Part shown: one piece after another, positions 1-13,361 of the stretch
Layout: every line of letters starts with the position of its first letter
How positions within the stretch are numbered: the first letter of the stretch is position 1
Source of the DNA: Flaccisagitta enflata
Lineage: Eukaryota
Assembly: GCA_965153355.1 (NCBI GenBank)
Contig: OZ231126.1
Span: 34,038,001-34,102,000, forward strand
DNA length: 64,000 nt
Direction: 5' to 3'
Program-made: the position numbers and the translations under genes
Notes under the pieces: generated by a model
Databases searched by the model: none
Told to the model about the DNA's origin: nothing
What the model saw: the letters and a program-made list of their open reading frames with translations, nothing else

Positions 1-50
1 TGCTCCTGCCCAACCGTCCGCGACTGGATTGCCGTGTATCCGGCCTTGTT
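1..50 (+). mobile_element. 3' end of HINE family A, nested in a family C element
   Basis: cgcgact subTIR plus gccgtgtatccggc hairpin and cttgt terminus. Confidence 0.8.
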
Positions 51-433
51 TAAGGTAATTTAAGGTACTCTAGGGTATTCAAGTACTAGGGTACAAGGTG
101 CTAAGTCAGGGTACTTTAAGGTACTCTAGGGTTTTTCAGGATACTTTAGGGTACTTCAGGGTACTTTAGGGTACTTTGGGTATTTTAGGTATTTTTGGTA
201 TTTTTGGTACTTTTACTTTCGGTATTTTTGGTATTTTTTGGTATTTTTGGGTATTTTTGGGTATTTTTGGGTATTTTTGGGTATTTTTGGGTATTTTTGG
301 GTGTTTTGGGTGTTTTAGGTGTTTTGGGTATTGTATCGTATCGAGATTGTATCGACATTGTATCAATACATATCGCGCGGCCTTTTGTTTGTCGTTTCCT
401 GACGCACGCGACTGTTGCACTCTTGGGCTTGTT
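51..433 (+). mobile_element. HINE family C 3' part with 10-bp gggtattttt/agggtacttt minisatellite
   Basis: Tandem 10-mers at 51-330; terminus gcacgcgactgttgcactcttgggcttgt. Confidence 0.75.
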
Positions 434-2150
434 TTTTTCCATAATCATTTCGGCGTGTAAGGAAAACTGATATTGTCAATAAGATTGTCGGAATGAACGA
501 GATATTAACAGAACTTCACCATAATGTCAATACCAATACTTTCTGCTTTTGCGTCTCGTCCCGGCAACGATGCGAGCTGATTGCTTCTCCGTGCAGAGTG
601 ACAGCTGAATTTATGGACGGATAAGAAAAAGGGTTTACTAGGACGCCCACATTATTGTGGCCAATAATTACCAAAACGGCGTTTTCTGTAAAGACATATC
701 TGATGTCTTACGTATGTACGGATGGACAAATTGGCGCGGCGGTGGAATCGTTTTATGTACAGACGGACTTGCAAACCGTCTCATACATGTGCGAGGACGC
801 ATCTAAAAATGGATGAAATGGCTTCTTCTATTCAATCATATTAGAGTCAGAAAAAGAAACAGAAATAGTCGCTAAATTGTCATATGGTCAGGAGTTACCC
901 GATGCCTCTAAGTTAATGTATGTGAGAATGAGATAGTGATGGGGCAGCAGACTAAAAAGGACCAATGGCAATAAGCTAGGTTTTGGCTTGGGTAATTTGG
1001 AGAATCTTCTGGTCTTAGGAGTCGAGTTGAAAGCATTTTGGCTACAATTTGGGCCTTAAAACTAGGATTCAAGCGTTGAAGTTTTTGTTTTAGAGCTTCA
1101 GACTGAGATTTGGGCCTATAGGATGTGATTCAGGCCATGCAGTTAGGATTTAGTCCTTGAATTGGAATACGGATCTTGAGGCTAGGGTTTGGGTCTTGAA
1201 ACCGGAATTCAAGTCGGAGAGAGTGAAATAAGCAAAAAAGAAGAAGAAATTTTTCCATATGTTAAAGCTCAGGTCATCGATCTCTTTGGTGCCGCTGCTC
1301 ATGAAGGAATCTTCATGTACAGAACCCTGGCAGCGAAAAAGAAAATAATGATGAGACTGATTACAAAGCAATGTGCCGCACCGATGGCACAATATCTCTT
1401 GGACCCGAAACTAATGACGACTATTCCCACTTATCGCATTATTTCTCTTTTCTCTCGTCTCCCTCGCCAGTTGTAAAATCTCATTCACTCTCTTTCTCAG
1501 CCCATGACGCGAAATCGAGAAGAAGAAGAAGATGAAGATGAAGATGAAGATGAAGATGAAGATGAAGATGAAGATTAAGAAGATGAAGAAGAAGAGACAG
1601 AGAAAAGAAAGAAAGAGTAGTTGGCCATTTCTTTTTCGTTGCTTGAAGTGCCTCGAGATTCTTTTCTTCTTCTTCATTATCTTTTTCCTCCCTTTCTCCT
1701 CTTTTGGCAGAACGAGAAAAGCGGCTTCAGAGGTTTTTGACGGTTCTACAAAAGTTACGAAAGAAGCAAATGCAAGGAAATGTAACAAGGCTATCTGAAT
1801 ATTGATAAAGACGGCGAAATGTCAATGATGACAGCGAAGCATGAAGACTGTCACAAAGACAAAAAATCTAGTAAAAAGAGATTGGGGGAATTTCCATGTC
1901 CACTCGAAGTAAGACTATGTCGGTAGATGCAGGCAGCGGCATCCAAAAAGGAAAATTCAAGAATTCTGAGCTGGTTGCACTTCCAGTGCAGTAGTCGGCA
2001 GAGGCGCTGATTGTGTAGCAGCGCGCAGCGCCGCTGCTCGGAAGAGTTGGTGGTCGATCGGAAGGTTCCAAGAGCCAGGAAGGAAAAAAAATTGGCAAAA
2101 AGAAGGGAAAATAAAGAAAGAGAAGGAAAAAGAGAGGAAATGAGAGAAAA

Positions 2151-2311
2151 ACAAGGCCGGATACACGGCCATCAGTTGCGGATGGGTGGGCAGGGGCGGA
2201 AATGCGCGTTTTCCCACTTTTCGACTCGATGGTTACGGACGGACAGACGGACGGACGGACAGACCGACGGACAGACAAAGCCTCTTATAGAGTTGCGTGT
2301 CCGCAATTAAA
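2151..2311 (-). mobile_element. HINE family A (agttgcg subfamily), full length
   Basis: acaaggccggatacacggcc hairpin, agttgcgga subTIR, (GGAC)n microsatellite and terminal hairpin; nearly identical to 51914-52098. Confidence 0.9.
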
Positions 2312-3044
2312 AAAAGAGAGAGAGAGAGAGAGGGAGGCTGTACTTGATTTGATTTGAAAAATTCAAGAAAAGGAGGAAAATGTTTAGAATTGAGATAGAA
2401 AATGTTTAGTACATCTGCATCACAGGTTTTCACACCGATGAAACCGAAGGTAAGGGCCTTCAAAAATTTTGCAAACTTCTGTTATTATTCTAGAGAGAGA
2501 GAGAGCTAATCAAGTTTTTGGCACTTTAATTACTCCCACTTATTCATGTGTGTCCACTGGTCTGTCGCATTGGTCCATCTGTCTGTCCACCAATTAAACT
2601 CAAAAGATAATATGACAGACAGACATACCATATTTCCCCTCACCTCCCCTAATTTTCGCCCCCCTCTCTTTTTTTAAATGCAAAATCCTTCACTAGCAGA
2701 GAATTCTTTAGATCTTTAAGCATTTTCATATAAAATATGATATTTTTTTCAATTCGTAAGCATTTTGAAAAAAAAAGTGGAAAAAAGAAACTAAAAAGAT
2801 TAGAGTTTATTTGTGTATCTTGAATTTTTATCTCTTCACTCTAATTTTTTCATTTCTTTTGAAAAAAAAAGGGATAAATAGTGCTTGAGGTGGCGCCTCT
2901 TAGGAAAAATATAGTACGTAGATAGTCAGCCGGGCCAGAAGATTTTGGGAGTTAGTTCCTGCTGCTCGGAAGAAAAACAAAATCAGTGGGTCTGGTAGTC
3001 GGCTGAAACATTTAGGAGAATGAATTTGCCAGTAAACAACTACT

Positions 3045-3785
3045 CTGTTTTCAAAAGCAAGTGATACCAGCAAGACCTTTATTGAGCCATAACAACTCAT
3101 TTTGAGAAATCCTGGTTGGTTGCATCTGAAAACATATTTTTTCATGCAAAATTTGGGTCCAGTAGTTTAGTCTCCACATACTTTTAGGTGAAAATGTGGA
3201 AAACCTCATGAGGGGATTCTCAAGCATTTGGTAGATTTACCCCATGACGTTAAATCAATGTCATTTCTATATAAATCAAGCAAAAATGGCCAGATTGGTT
3301 TTAAAAGATAAATGTTAGTCTTAGTTTGTGTATCTAGATAAAAAATGACCAAATGAGTTTGATTTTTTTGGGAAATCCGAGTTTTTCTTCAATTTTCTAG
3401 GTTTGAACAGGGTTTTTGTCACATCATTTGTCATTTTTGGCACAATTCTTTTTATGAAATGGTGAGAAACCAAAATAGTGCAAAACAAGCGTCAAGTACC
3501 AGCCAAGTACAATAAATCTGAAGAGGTAAGCTGAGTTCTTACAGATATACAAGAGTTAATTGATGGAAACATCCTTGAAAATGCCATTTTTGAGCAAAAT
3601 TTCTTTATATTTTCTCAAATTTCAAAATGATGTGGAAACCTAACCGCTTTACTCAGTACTTTCAAACTTTGCATGAATAAATGGTAGGTTGTGTGCTTTA
3701 GGACAGAACCAATCCGGATTTTTCAAAATGGATACTTTAAGCACGATAAAGGTTTTGTTGGTATCACTCGCTTTTGAAAGCAGCG
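3045..3785. mobile_element. Degenerate palindromic MITE
   Basis: ttttcaaaagcaagtgataccagcaagaccttta at about 3048 is inverted as taaaggttttgttggtatcactcgcttttgaaa at about 3747; symmetry continues inward. Confidence 0.65.
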
Positions 3786-4489
3786 TACCATCATATCAGA
3801 TCCTGTGCTTTGTGGACTGACGTGAGAAAGAGGGATGAGGGGGAGGTGTTCTGAGCCGGGATAAGGCGAGCGGGAGGATATCGATTATGAAGTGGCCATA
3901 TAGTGAGAATCGGAGGAGCAGGTGCCGCTTGTAATGTGCGAATAAAGGAGTTCGGAATGGAAACTCTCCATTGGAGAGAGAGAGAGATACAGACAGACAG
4001 ACAGACAGACAGACAGAGAGACAGAGACAGAGAGTGTAAGACAGGGAGAAGCAGATCGAGGAAAACAGAGACAAATATTTACCCCGGTACCGAGGTCTTT
4101 GATAAATGGCAATAATCTAACAAATCAATATATCCATCAAGTAAGATGAGGGCAAAGCGTACACAGTCATTCATCACTTAACTTAAGAGAATTGGGAAAG
4201 TCTCGTTGTTGTGTTCAAGGAAGTTTTTGGTGAATAGTGTTCTTCATTCAGACTCATGCTCACTTATGACGTCAAATCTGCCAGGGAAAAATGAAGTGCT
4301 TCACCCCACTTTTGCATCAATAATGGACTGATTATCCTTCCACAAATGTTATCATTGCTCAAGTTATCACTGGATAAACCTGATATGTATGACTGTTTCA
4401 TATCCTACGCTTTAAGTTGCCTTTTGATAAGCAATTCTTATGGAAAATGGCAAGAAACTAAAGATTTTTTTGGAAATCATGTTGACATT

Positions 4490-4663
4490 TTTTTCATTTT
4501 TCTGATGTCGAAATTATAAGCAAGCCACACCTAGAAAAAATTTGCATTTTCAAAAACATAGTTCTCTCTAAAAACGATTTGGGAGGTGAACTATGTTCGT
4601 TGATTTTTCAGTCTTTGATTTTCTATGCAAACTTATAATTTCGACCAACCCCTTGTCAGTGAC
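4490..4663. repeat. Interspersed repeat shared with about 9310-9483
   Basis: Shared gtcgaaatt...aaaacatagttctctct...tttcgaccarccccttgtcagtgac. Confidence 0.7.
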
Positions 4664-5374
4664 AAACAAGGTCATTATACCTATGTCGCGTGCGTCGGCA
4701 CTTTCAGAAAAGTCAGGCAGACAGACAGATGAATAGACTAAAACATTAAAAAGAACCTTTGAATTAGCAACAAAAAGTTTTAAAAACAACTTAATGAGAA
4801 ACAAATAGACAGACAGACAGACAGACAGACAGATGGATGGACAGACAGACAAAAAAGTGGCTTATAGAGGTGTACGAATGACATAAAAACATTCAAAAAC
4901 ATTTAAAATGTATTTAAATTGGCTGTAACACCCATAAAACAACTTTGTGACGGACAGACAAACAGATGGACAGACCAACTGACCAACCAAAAAGTGGCTT
5001 ATAGAGGCTTATAAATGCCTTCGAAACATTCAAAAACATCTAGAAAATCTTTATTTTGTGTAAAAAGCCTTTTAAACAGTTTTGTTACGGACCGACCAAC
5101 GGATCGACCGACGGACCGACGGACGGACCGACCGAAAAGCACGCGACTAAAAAGAAATTTGTAGAAATTTTCAGTAAATCTTCTTCAGTGATATAAGCTA
5201 AATCTGAGTCTCTTTCTAAATGGATGCAAATATCATGCTTATCTAAATCACTTTTTTCACTTGTTTTTCTATTTTCATTCATGCTTTCTATTTTGATACC
5301 CTAAATGTTGGCTTCGTGGGCACGCTGTCTTATGCAGTTATGATCATTCCCTTCTTTTTATCTTCTCACCTATT

Positions 5375-5421
5375 CATATCATATCATATCATATCATATC
5401 ATATCATATCATATCATATCA
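5375..5421. repeat. (ATATC)n microsatellite
   Basis: Read directly from the sequence. Confidence 0.95.
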
Positions 5422-6194
5422 TTTTAATCCATATCACAATTCATACATCAATATTCAGCAGCCATTGCTTAATGAAGTCAAAGTCCTACGTGTAGCCGAA
5501 GACCGAAGGCAGTGACATGAAGCAAGATCTATCACGCTCAACCGTCCATTCCTTCATATTCTTTTTTTTTTCCATTTGTCTAATTTTTTCACTTTATGTC
5601 ACAGTACAAATGAAGATGAAATTTGATTTTCTGTCCTTATAGATTATTTCAGACAGTTATTCTCATTGAATTTTGTTTTTTACACTTCTGACTACTATAA
5701 GCATAGTTTAAAAAGATTAACCAACAGAAATTATTAAGTGTTTATTGTCGAATGAAAAAATTTATTCAACAAAACATAAGTATTTCTTACAAAAAAGAGA
5801 ACAAAATTTCAAACAGCTGTTGGGTGAAATTATATCACTACTTTTAAATGTAAAATTTTGCATTTTCAAAAACATGGCCCCTTTCCAAAAAGTGTCTAGA
5901 AAAATGCCATGTTTTTGAAAATGCAAATTTTAAAATTCCTATGCAAAGATACAATTTCACCAAAGGCATGTGAGTTTGTGAAAAGAAAGTTTAAAAAACC
6001 TATGTTTCTCTAACATCCATCCCTATATTTCATAGTTCATATGGACTTTTAAATGAATTTCAATGCAAATATATCTTAATTATGAATTAATGACCATTTT
6101 TAATTAATGAAAAAATTGCAAATTGACAATATTAACAATTTTGAAAAAAATGAGTTGACCCATGATATTTCATCTTTGTATGCACCGTGACTTA

Positions 6195-6793
6195 CTGTCT
6201 AGGAAAAAAGTATATCTACACCTTCAATCAAGGATATCTCCGCTTCTACAAATGCTAGATAGATTTAAAAAAAAAAAACAAATTAAACTTCATCAAAAAA
6301 TCTTTAAAATGAGTGCAATCTGGTTGGTGTATCTAAAACGGTTTAGAAATTACAAGCGAAAATGTATGAGACATTTATTTTCAAAATCAAGAAAATATAA
6401 AAGACAGAAGATGCAAAAATTATAAACAGCTTTAAATCAACATATCTCCACTTCTAGAGCAGCTAGTACAATTTTTAAAAAAACAAAATCATCTACATCA
6501 AAAAATCTAGAAGATGAACTCATCCTGGTTTCTTTGGTTTTGTACGTTTGGAAATAGCAGATATAAATATAAACTTCTTCCCAAATTGTTAATTTGCCTA
6601 TGAGTGATAACACCATATCCTTTATAATAAGTTAGAATGGCTTTAGATATTGCTTACAAAAACTTTCATGAGAATTTTTAATTAAAAAACAAATTATTTT
6701 ATATGTTAACACTTTTTGTATAATGATTAAATGAATATTAGGTCATTAAATCATATTGTATCCCAGGTGTAGATATACTTTTTTCCTAGGTAG
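6195..6793. mobile_element. TA-flanked MITE (Tc1/mariner-type)
   Basis: TIR ct(gt/ac)ctaggaaaaaagtatatctacacct at both ends with TA on each side. Confidence 0.8.
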
Positions 6794-6804
6794 TACACTG
6801 TTAA

Positions 6805-6960
6805 ACAAGGCCGGATACACGGCAATCCAGTCGCGGACGGTTGGGCAGGAACAGTAATGCAAAAACCACTCAGAATTCAAAAATGTGACGGACCAACCGA
6901 CGGACCTACCGACCTACCAACCGACACGGCAAGGTGTAGAGTCGCGTGTCCGTGACTAAA
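6805..6960 (-). mobile_element. HINE family A
   Basis: Both termini, subTIR and (GACC)n present. Confidence 0.9.
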
Positions 6961-7026
6961 AACTGGTGCTTCATATTTCCCATGTTTTAAGTGATGTAGA
7001 AAACTCATGGTTCATGCATGCGAACC

Positions 7027-7255
7027 ACTGTGCATTCATGGTCCTTCCTTCTATCTACACTTCCGATGTCGCTCCACTGGATTTACGTTCAGTGCTTCAT
7101 AAGGACATTACTTCACCATACATCCATGATCTCCGCCTCCTACACTTCCGGTATCACTCCACTTGATTTACTTTCAGTGCGTCCTATGAACATTGCATCA
7201 CTGTGCAATGTGCATTCATGGTCTCCCCATCTAGACTACCGATATTACTCCATTG
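7027..7255. repeat. Degenerate ~85-bp tandem repeat (about 2.5 units)
   Basis: Recurrent tacacttccg...ctccact.gatttac.ttcagtgc and gcattcatggtc. Confidence 0.65.
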
Positions 7256-7667
7256 AAGGGGTCGGAAGCGTTGGCCGGTGAGAGAGTGAGTATGAAAGTG
7301 TAAAAGTCTCTGGAAATGGCTTTGAATGACAAATGGACGTCGGACCAGCGTCGGTAGCGGCATCGAGATTGGTGCCGGCAGCGGCATCGAGAGTAGTGTC
7401 GGAAGCAGTATCTACAGTGGTGCCAGCAGTGGCATCGATAGTGGTGTCGAGAGTAGTGTCGGAAGCAGTATCTACAGTGGTGTCGGCAGCAGCATCAATA
7501 GTGGTGTCGGCAGCGGCATCGGCAGTGGCATCAATAGTACTGTCGGTAGCGGCATTGAGAGTGGTGTCAGCAGCAGCATCGATAGTGGTGTTAGAAACAG
7601 CATCAAGAGTGGTGTCGGCAGCGCCATCGATAGTGGTGTCGGAAGCGGCGTCGGCAGCGGCGTCCTC
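7245..7667 (-). other. 140-codon open frame without ATG, made of 8-aa repeats (DTTIDAAA); possible exon or pseudo-exon
   Basis: 24-bp tandem units at about 7345-7665; unit variation falls mostly at third codon positions in this frame (gac/gat, acc/act, gcc/gct, atc/att); preceded by in-frame TGA. Confidence 0.4.
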
Positions 7668-7895
7668 TCAAAGTAGGCAGCGGTGTTGGTGCGGCCTCGT
7701 CAATTTCCCCCGCCGACTCAATTAATTTTTCAAGGCGGCGATCATGAATCCGTCATTTTTCTACCGTTTATCGACCTTTTTGCTGCCGCCTTCGCCATTG
7801 CCGCCGCCGCGGCCATCACAACTCCACTTGGTCGAGCGGTACTCGCGCCGATCGCCTGCGCAAACTATGAAAAGAACCAACCAATGCCGAAAAAA

Positions 7896-8091
7896 ACAAG
7901 GCCGGATACACGGCTACCGAAGTCGCGTGCGGGTGGGCAGGGGCCATATTTGAGGTCACCAGACCATTTGGGCAGGAGCAGTGAGGTCAAAGAAATAAAA
8001 TCATAAAAAAAAGTAAAGTGTGACGGACCAACCAACAGACCGACAGACCGACCGACAAAGCGGGTTGTAGAGTCGCGTGCACGCGACTAAA
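7896..8091 (-). mobile_element. HINE family A (agtcgcg subfamily)
   Basis: Both termini; terminal hairpin agtcgcgtgcacgcgact. Confidence 0.9.
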
Positions 8092-8131
8092 AACAGCGAA
8101 TTAATTTTCCCTCTTCTATATCCCCCCTTTT

Positions 8132-8233
<102 letters not shown>

Positions 8234-8875
8234 ATGTGTCTCTCTCTTTCTGTGAGTATGAAACTCCCTTACTCAGCAGGTGACCTATAACCTGTTTTTA
8301 AAAAAGGGACGGTCTTAATCGCATTGCCTTTCCCCTACGGCTGTGCACTCTTTTACTCTCACATTTGTCTTTCACTTATCCCAATTTTGCCCGAGAGTGC
8401 TTCCTGTCTTTCAGACTCTGCATGTGTAAGTCGATTTGTCTTACCATATGTAATGTCTGGGAATAGCTTTTCTTTCCGCGGAAATAACACGAATAAAAGG
8501 CTTAAGCTACAAGGTTATCTTCTGGTAAGCTGACAAAAACGTTGTGGAGCTCTATCCGTCCATTCTTTCGGTGAACATCCGTCATTTTCACGGGACAAGG
8601 TCATCTGTTGAAGCTCCATCTTTTGATTGATCTCGGTAAAGGCGAAGGTTGCCGAGTACGTTTTCAGTCTCAGGTTGCTTTGGTACGATACAAGGCATCT
8701 TCGTGGCCTTTCAGCTCCAAAACTACGTTGGACCCGACTCACGGGTCAGATTGGAAAACCAAGTTTACCAACGTGAAAGAATGTAGAGACGCGTGGAGTA
8801 CTGGCAAAACGATGAGACTGAAATACCCTTTTATACTCACAGCCGCACTCGAATTGTGAACACTAATTGATACTT

Positions 8876-8889
8876 GCGCCATCTGGTGA
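8876..8889 (-). promoter_or_regulatory. CTCF-like core motif
   Basis: Minus strand TCACCAGATGGCGC vs consensus CCASYAGRKGGCRS (one mismatch), in apparently non-repeat DNA. Confidence 0.3.
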
Positions 8890-8933
8890 CCAAAGACTAC
8901 CGAGCGGCTAACACATGCCATAGATTTTAAATG

Positions 8934-8934
8934 G

Positions 8935-9010
<76 letters not shown>
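8934..9010. repeat. (TTG)n microsatellite
   Basis: Read directly; others at 12725-12868, 39348-39437 and 47706-47830. Confidence 0.95.
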
Positions 9011-9012
<2 letters not shown>

Positions 9013-11253
9013 CCCATACTTTCGTACAGTAAATGGTGGGATAGTAAGGCGACCACTTCCACATGCAGCGATAGAATGACTTACGACAGAAAATTTATGA
9101 AGAAAAATGAAGTGTTTCACCATACTTTTTGCATTATTATCAGGACAGTAATGAAGCTGGAATGCTTTTAGTGGACAAATTGTGTCTAAGGACACTTGGT
9201 GCATTTATTTTTATCATTTTTTGACTTGAAATGTAATTTGAACCATGCGTTTCACATGAAAAAAAAAAGCATGAAAATGATGTTTTTTAGTGAATTTCTG
9301 CATACATTCTTTTTCATTTTCTGAGGTCGAAATTCTAAGAAAGCCAAACATAGGGAAATTTTGCATTTTAAAAAACATAGTTCTCTCTGTAATCAATTTT
9401 GGAAGAGAACTATGTTCTTTGTCTTTTCATTTTTTCATTTCCTATGCAAATTTAGAATTTCGACCAGCCCCTTGTCAGTGACCAAAAATAAAATAAGTAT
9501 AAATTTTCAAAACAATTTTTTGGTAACATTGGCTAAACTTGGTCCTCTTGCTAAGTAAATGCAAATTTTTCTTTTAATTATGATGTCTCAATCACTTTTA
9601 TTCATTTATTTTTACATTTTGATTTATACATTTTTTTAAATTTGACCTTCTTTGAAACACAATTGTTGCCTTCGGAGGGAAGCCGTCTTACATAGAATGA
9701 CTTAGAATGACTAGAATAACCTAAAGTGTAATAAAAAAGTAAAGTGTGACGGAGGGATGGATGGACTGACAGACGGATGGACCGACGGACCGACGGACCT
9801 ACAAAACGGGGTGTAGAGTCGCGTAGCACGCGACTAAAAGTGGTGATAATGCATGATGGTGATTACTCAATATCAACTTTTTATTTGGAAAAAAGTCGAA
9901 GGAACGAAGTTTCCTTCGGTCTTTTTGAGTCCTGCAGAGTTTTTTGGATTTCCCTTTTTCTCATGAAGCGCTTGAGAAAGTTGGTGCATTTTGGGGGCAG
10001 AGTGAGACTACGCATGAAATTAATAGCTATGAAAGAGCTAATTCTCCTCTTTCAGATGACGCCAAGCAGAAATCCGTGCGATCAATAGTTTTGGAGCTAT
10101 GATTTTTTGAATCTTTTTTTATTTTTCCGCGTTTTTCGCGGTTTCCCAAAAAACGAGGATTCGAGTCTATGACACAGAGCAAGATCGCGTGGAAATTGGC
10201 ATTCATTATGGCTATAAAATGAATATTTGATATGACAAATTTTTTCATGATTTTTGTAAAATATATCATTTTTTAATAGCTAAATAAATAGAATTGATGC
10301 AAAATCTATCTTCATGAACTAGATATTAATATTTCTATATTTGAAGTGTACTATTCTATTTTTATATATTTTCATGAATTTTTTGTATTAATTCAATAAA
10401 AAAATATTTGAAAATATTCAAGATCTGTCAAAAAGAAATAACTTTTATATGAATGAATATTTTTTTAAACATTTTTCAATATACAATTAGAATATATCTT
10501 TAAAACATGCTTAAATAGCTATTTTCAGCATATCTTTCAACATGTCATAACTCTGCTTCTTGTTATGATTACTCAAATTTTCATGTTACTTGGCTACTTG
10601 CATTCCTTCGATAATTAACACTTTTGCCAATTTGTGCATTCATTCATTTACTCATTCATATAAACATTCATTCATTCTTTCATTCATTCATTCGTCAAGT
10701 GTATTTTTCTCCTCTTTCATAGACATGAATCTCCCCGCGGTTCTTGAGTTGTTTTCTTTTTATTAAAGATTTGTTCATCCCATCATTCATTCATTCATTC
10801 ATTCATTCAGTCAGTCAGTCAGTCAGTCAGTCAGTCAGTCAGTCATTCATTCATTCATTCATTCATACTTTCACTGTTCCAATTGTTCATTTGTACATTC
10901 ATTCGTTCATTCATTTACTTGTTACCTCATTAAATGTTTGTTCATTTATGTATGCATTCAATGACAACAACCAGATATCTATTCTCTAATTATAGTAGTT
11001 ATAGTTATTTTAGTTTGTTTTTTCCTTTTTGGTTGCGGAAATACTCTATAGGCTTTGTCGGTCCATTTGTCGGTCTGTTGGTTATGCTGTAGTTGAAAAG
11101 TGGAGAGAATTACCGTCTTTGATAATTTTTGAGCAGCGGCCCCAAAATGGCCAATGCGCTATGCTTTCATACATGGTGAAAGTTCTTTTTTTTCTTCTCC
11201 GGCTTCTCCTATGTCCCTCCTTCCCGGACCTGAAGACCCAAATCTTATCCTTA

Positions 11254-12191
11254 CAGGTTCGGATGGATTATAAAATGCTATATGTCCCTTCCTAACCCAC
11301 CCCACCCTACAGCTCAAACATCTTATAGTAGAGACATGAAATTTGGTATTGAAAATCAGTGGGGGAATACTTTTTGGGCCCTAAGAGGGTTTTTTCAATT
11401 TCCGCCCCTGAGCAGAAATATGGGGGTGGGGTGGGGTAGCCCCTGAGGATGGGAAAATCTCAAAATGTTTTTTTTTTTTAGATTTTAGATTTTTTCAATC
11501 GGATATGTTGTATTAGGCTCTGATAAATATAAAAAAACTAAAAATTACTTTATGAGTATTTTTTGATTGTAATGTCATTGCACGTACAGATGGATTAACT
11601 TGGAAAACATTTATTAGTTATGAGGGAATCATGTACGAGTGGACAGATAAGTCACCAAATTTTCAACATTATTTGACGTGCCATAATTCATGGTGGAAAA
11701 AAGCTTTTCCACCAAACAGATTTTCCACCATGAATTATGGCACGTCAAATAGTGTCGAAAATTTGATGACTTATCTGTCCACTTGTACATGATTCCCTCA
11801 TAACTAATAAATGTTTTCCATGAGTATTTTTTGTTTTTGAAATACTTCGTTCTAACGTTTAAATGTGCATAACTCTTCAAATTTTGAGAATTATTAAAAA
11901 AAAAACTGTGTATTTACCATGGCATGAACTAGATTTAACCAATACAATTCAAAAATTGGAAAAAATTAAAAAAACATTTTCTGAGATTTTTTAACCCTTT
12001 GGGGTTACCCCACCCCAACCCCCTTATCTCTGCTCAGGGGCGGAAATTGAAAAAACCCTTTGATGGTCCAAAAAGTATCCCCCCACTGACTTCCCATACC
12101 AAAATTCATGTCTCTACTATAAGTGGTTTGGGCTGTGGGGTGGAGTGGGTTAGAAGGTGACATATAGCATTTTATAATCCATCCGAACCTG
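11254..12191. mobile_element. TA-flanked Tc1/mariner-type MITE with long TIRs, inserted in a family B HINE remnant
   Basis: TA|caggttcggatggattataaaatgctatatgtc ... gacatatagcattttataatccatccgaacctg|TA. Confidence 0.9.
11601..11820. mobile_element. Nested 220-bp hairpin element
   Basis: About 100-bp near-perfect arms tggaaaacatttattagttatgagggaatc... / ...gattccctcataactaataaatgttttcca. Confidence 0.85.
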
Positions 12192-12568
12192 TAAGGCCAA
12201 TATCCTAGCTTCATGGCCAAAATCCCAGTCTCAAGGGGCGTCATAGCACCACTTCGAAACTTTTTTTTTCAAAGTGTCATGAACTTCAAAATAGCAGTAC
12301 ATCGATATCGAAATGATGCTAATATGCAAATTCAAACACTTGTTTCATTTTAGTATCGAAGTGGTGCATATCGAAGTGACACAACCTGACTTTAATATAC
12401 ACGAGGTAACATGCATTCACTTAATTCGCAACTTATAAGATTTTTTTTTCCCCCAACCTTCATACACCCGGGGTAAGGCGAGTATTTTTTTCTCCATTCT
12501 CAATTTCGTCCTAAACTCAGATTAAACCTGTTGAGTCATTTTGCTATCCGAGTTGTCATCTTCTTGGT

Positions 12569-12648
<80 letters not shown>

Positions 12649-12725
12649 TCGTCATCGAGTCGTGCTTCTTTTTAACATGATTGATCGATCGATCGCTGAA
12701 GCCGTCGTTGTCGTGGACGTCTTCG

Positions 12726-12775
<50 letters not shown>

Positions 12776-12793
12776 ATTGTTATTGTTATTGTT

Positions 12794-12857
<64 letters not shown>

Positions 12858-13282
12858 TTGTTGTTGATCAAGTAAGTAGATGCAGCGCTCATCTGAGATG
12901 ACCCTTGATGAACCTCGGGCCTAGGGTGATTACAGTACTTTGTTTTGCCTGACCGGTGGCAATATCTGAAACAAGACAAATCTTTTAATTTTGTTCCTTT
13001 CTTTTACTCCGCCACAATCACTTACTGACTTATTCATTTATTCATCCATTTGTCTCAATATATTCTCTCTTCTTTTCTTTCTTTTTTTCTTCTTTCTTTC
13101 TCTTTCATTCTTCATTCCCTCTTTTTTTTTTTAACCCTTTTTTTCTACCCATCGCTCAGTTTTTTTAGATCCGCATCTCTTATAGAGGCTTTTTCCATCC
13201 GTCAGTCTGTCCGTCCATCCATCTGTCAGTCTATCGGTCCGTCCATGGAGTTTTTCTTTTTGCGAAAAATCCAGCAGGATCC

Positions 13283-13361
<79 letters not shown>

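Noticed and set aside
166-470. Four overlapping ORFs (KIP / GIFG repeats)
   Set aside because: Translations of the 10-bp HINE minisatellite.
1411-2090. Possible minus-strand exons near 1750 and 2050
   Set aside because: One plausible acceptor but no recognisable product; the ORFs run into microsatellite or HINE sequence.
8515-9204. PolyN/polyQ ORFs with two GTGAGT donors on the minus strand
   Set aside because: I could not build a consistent exon frame.
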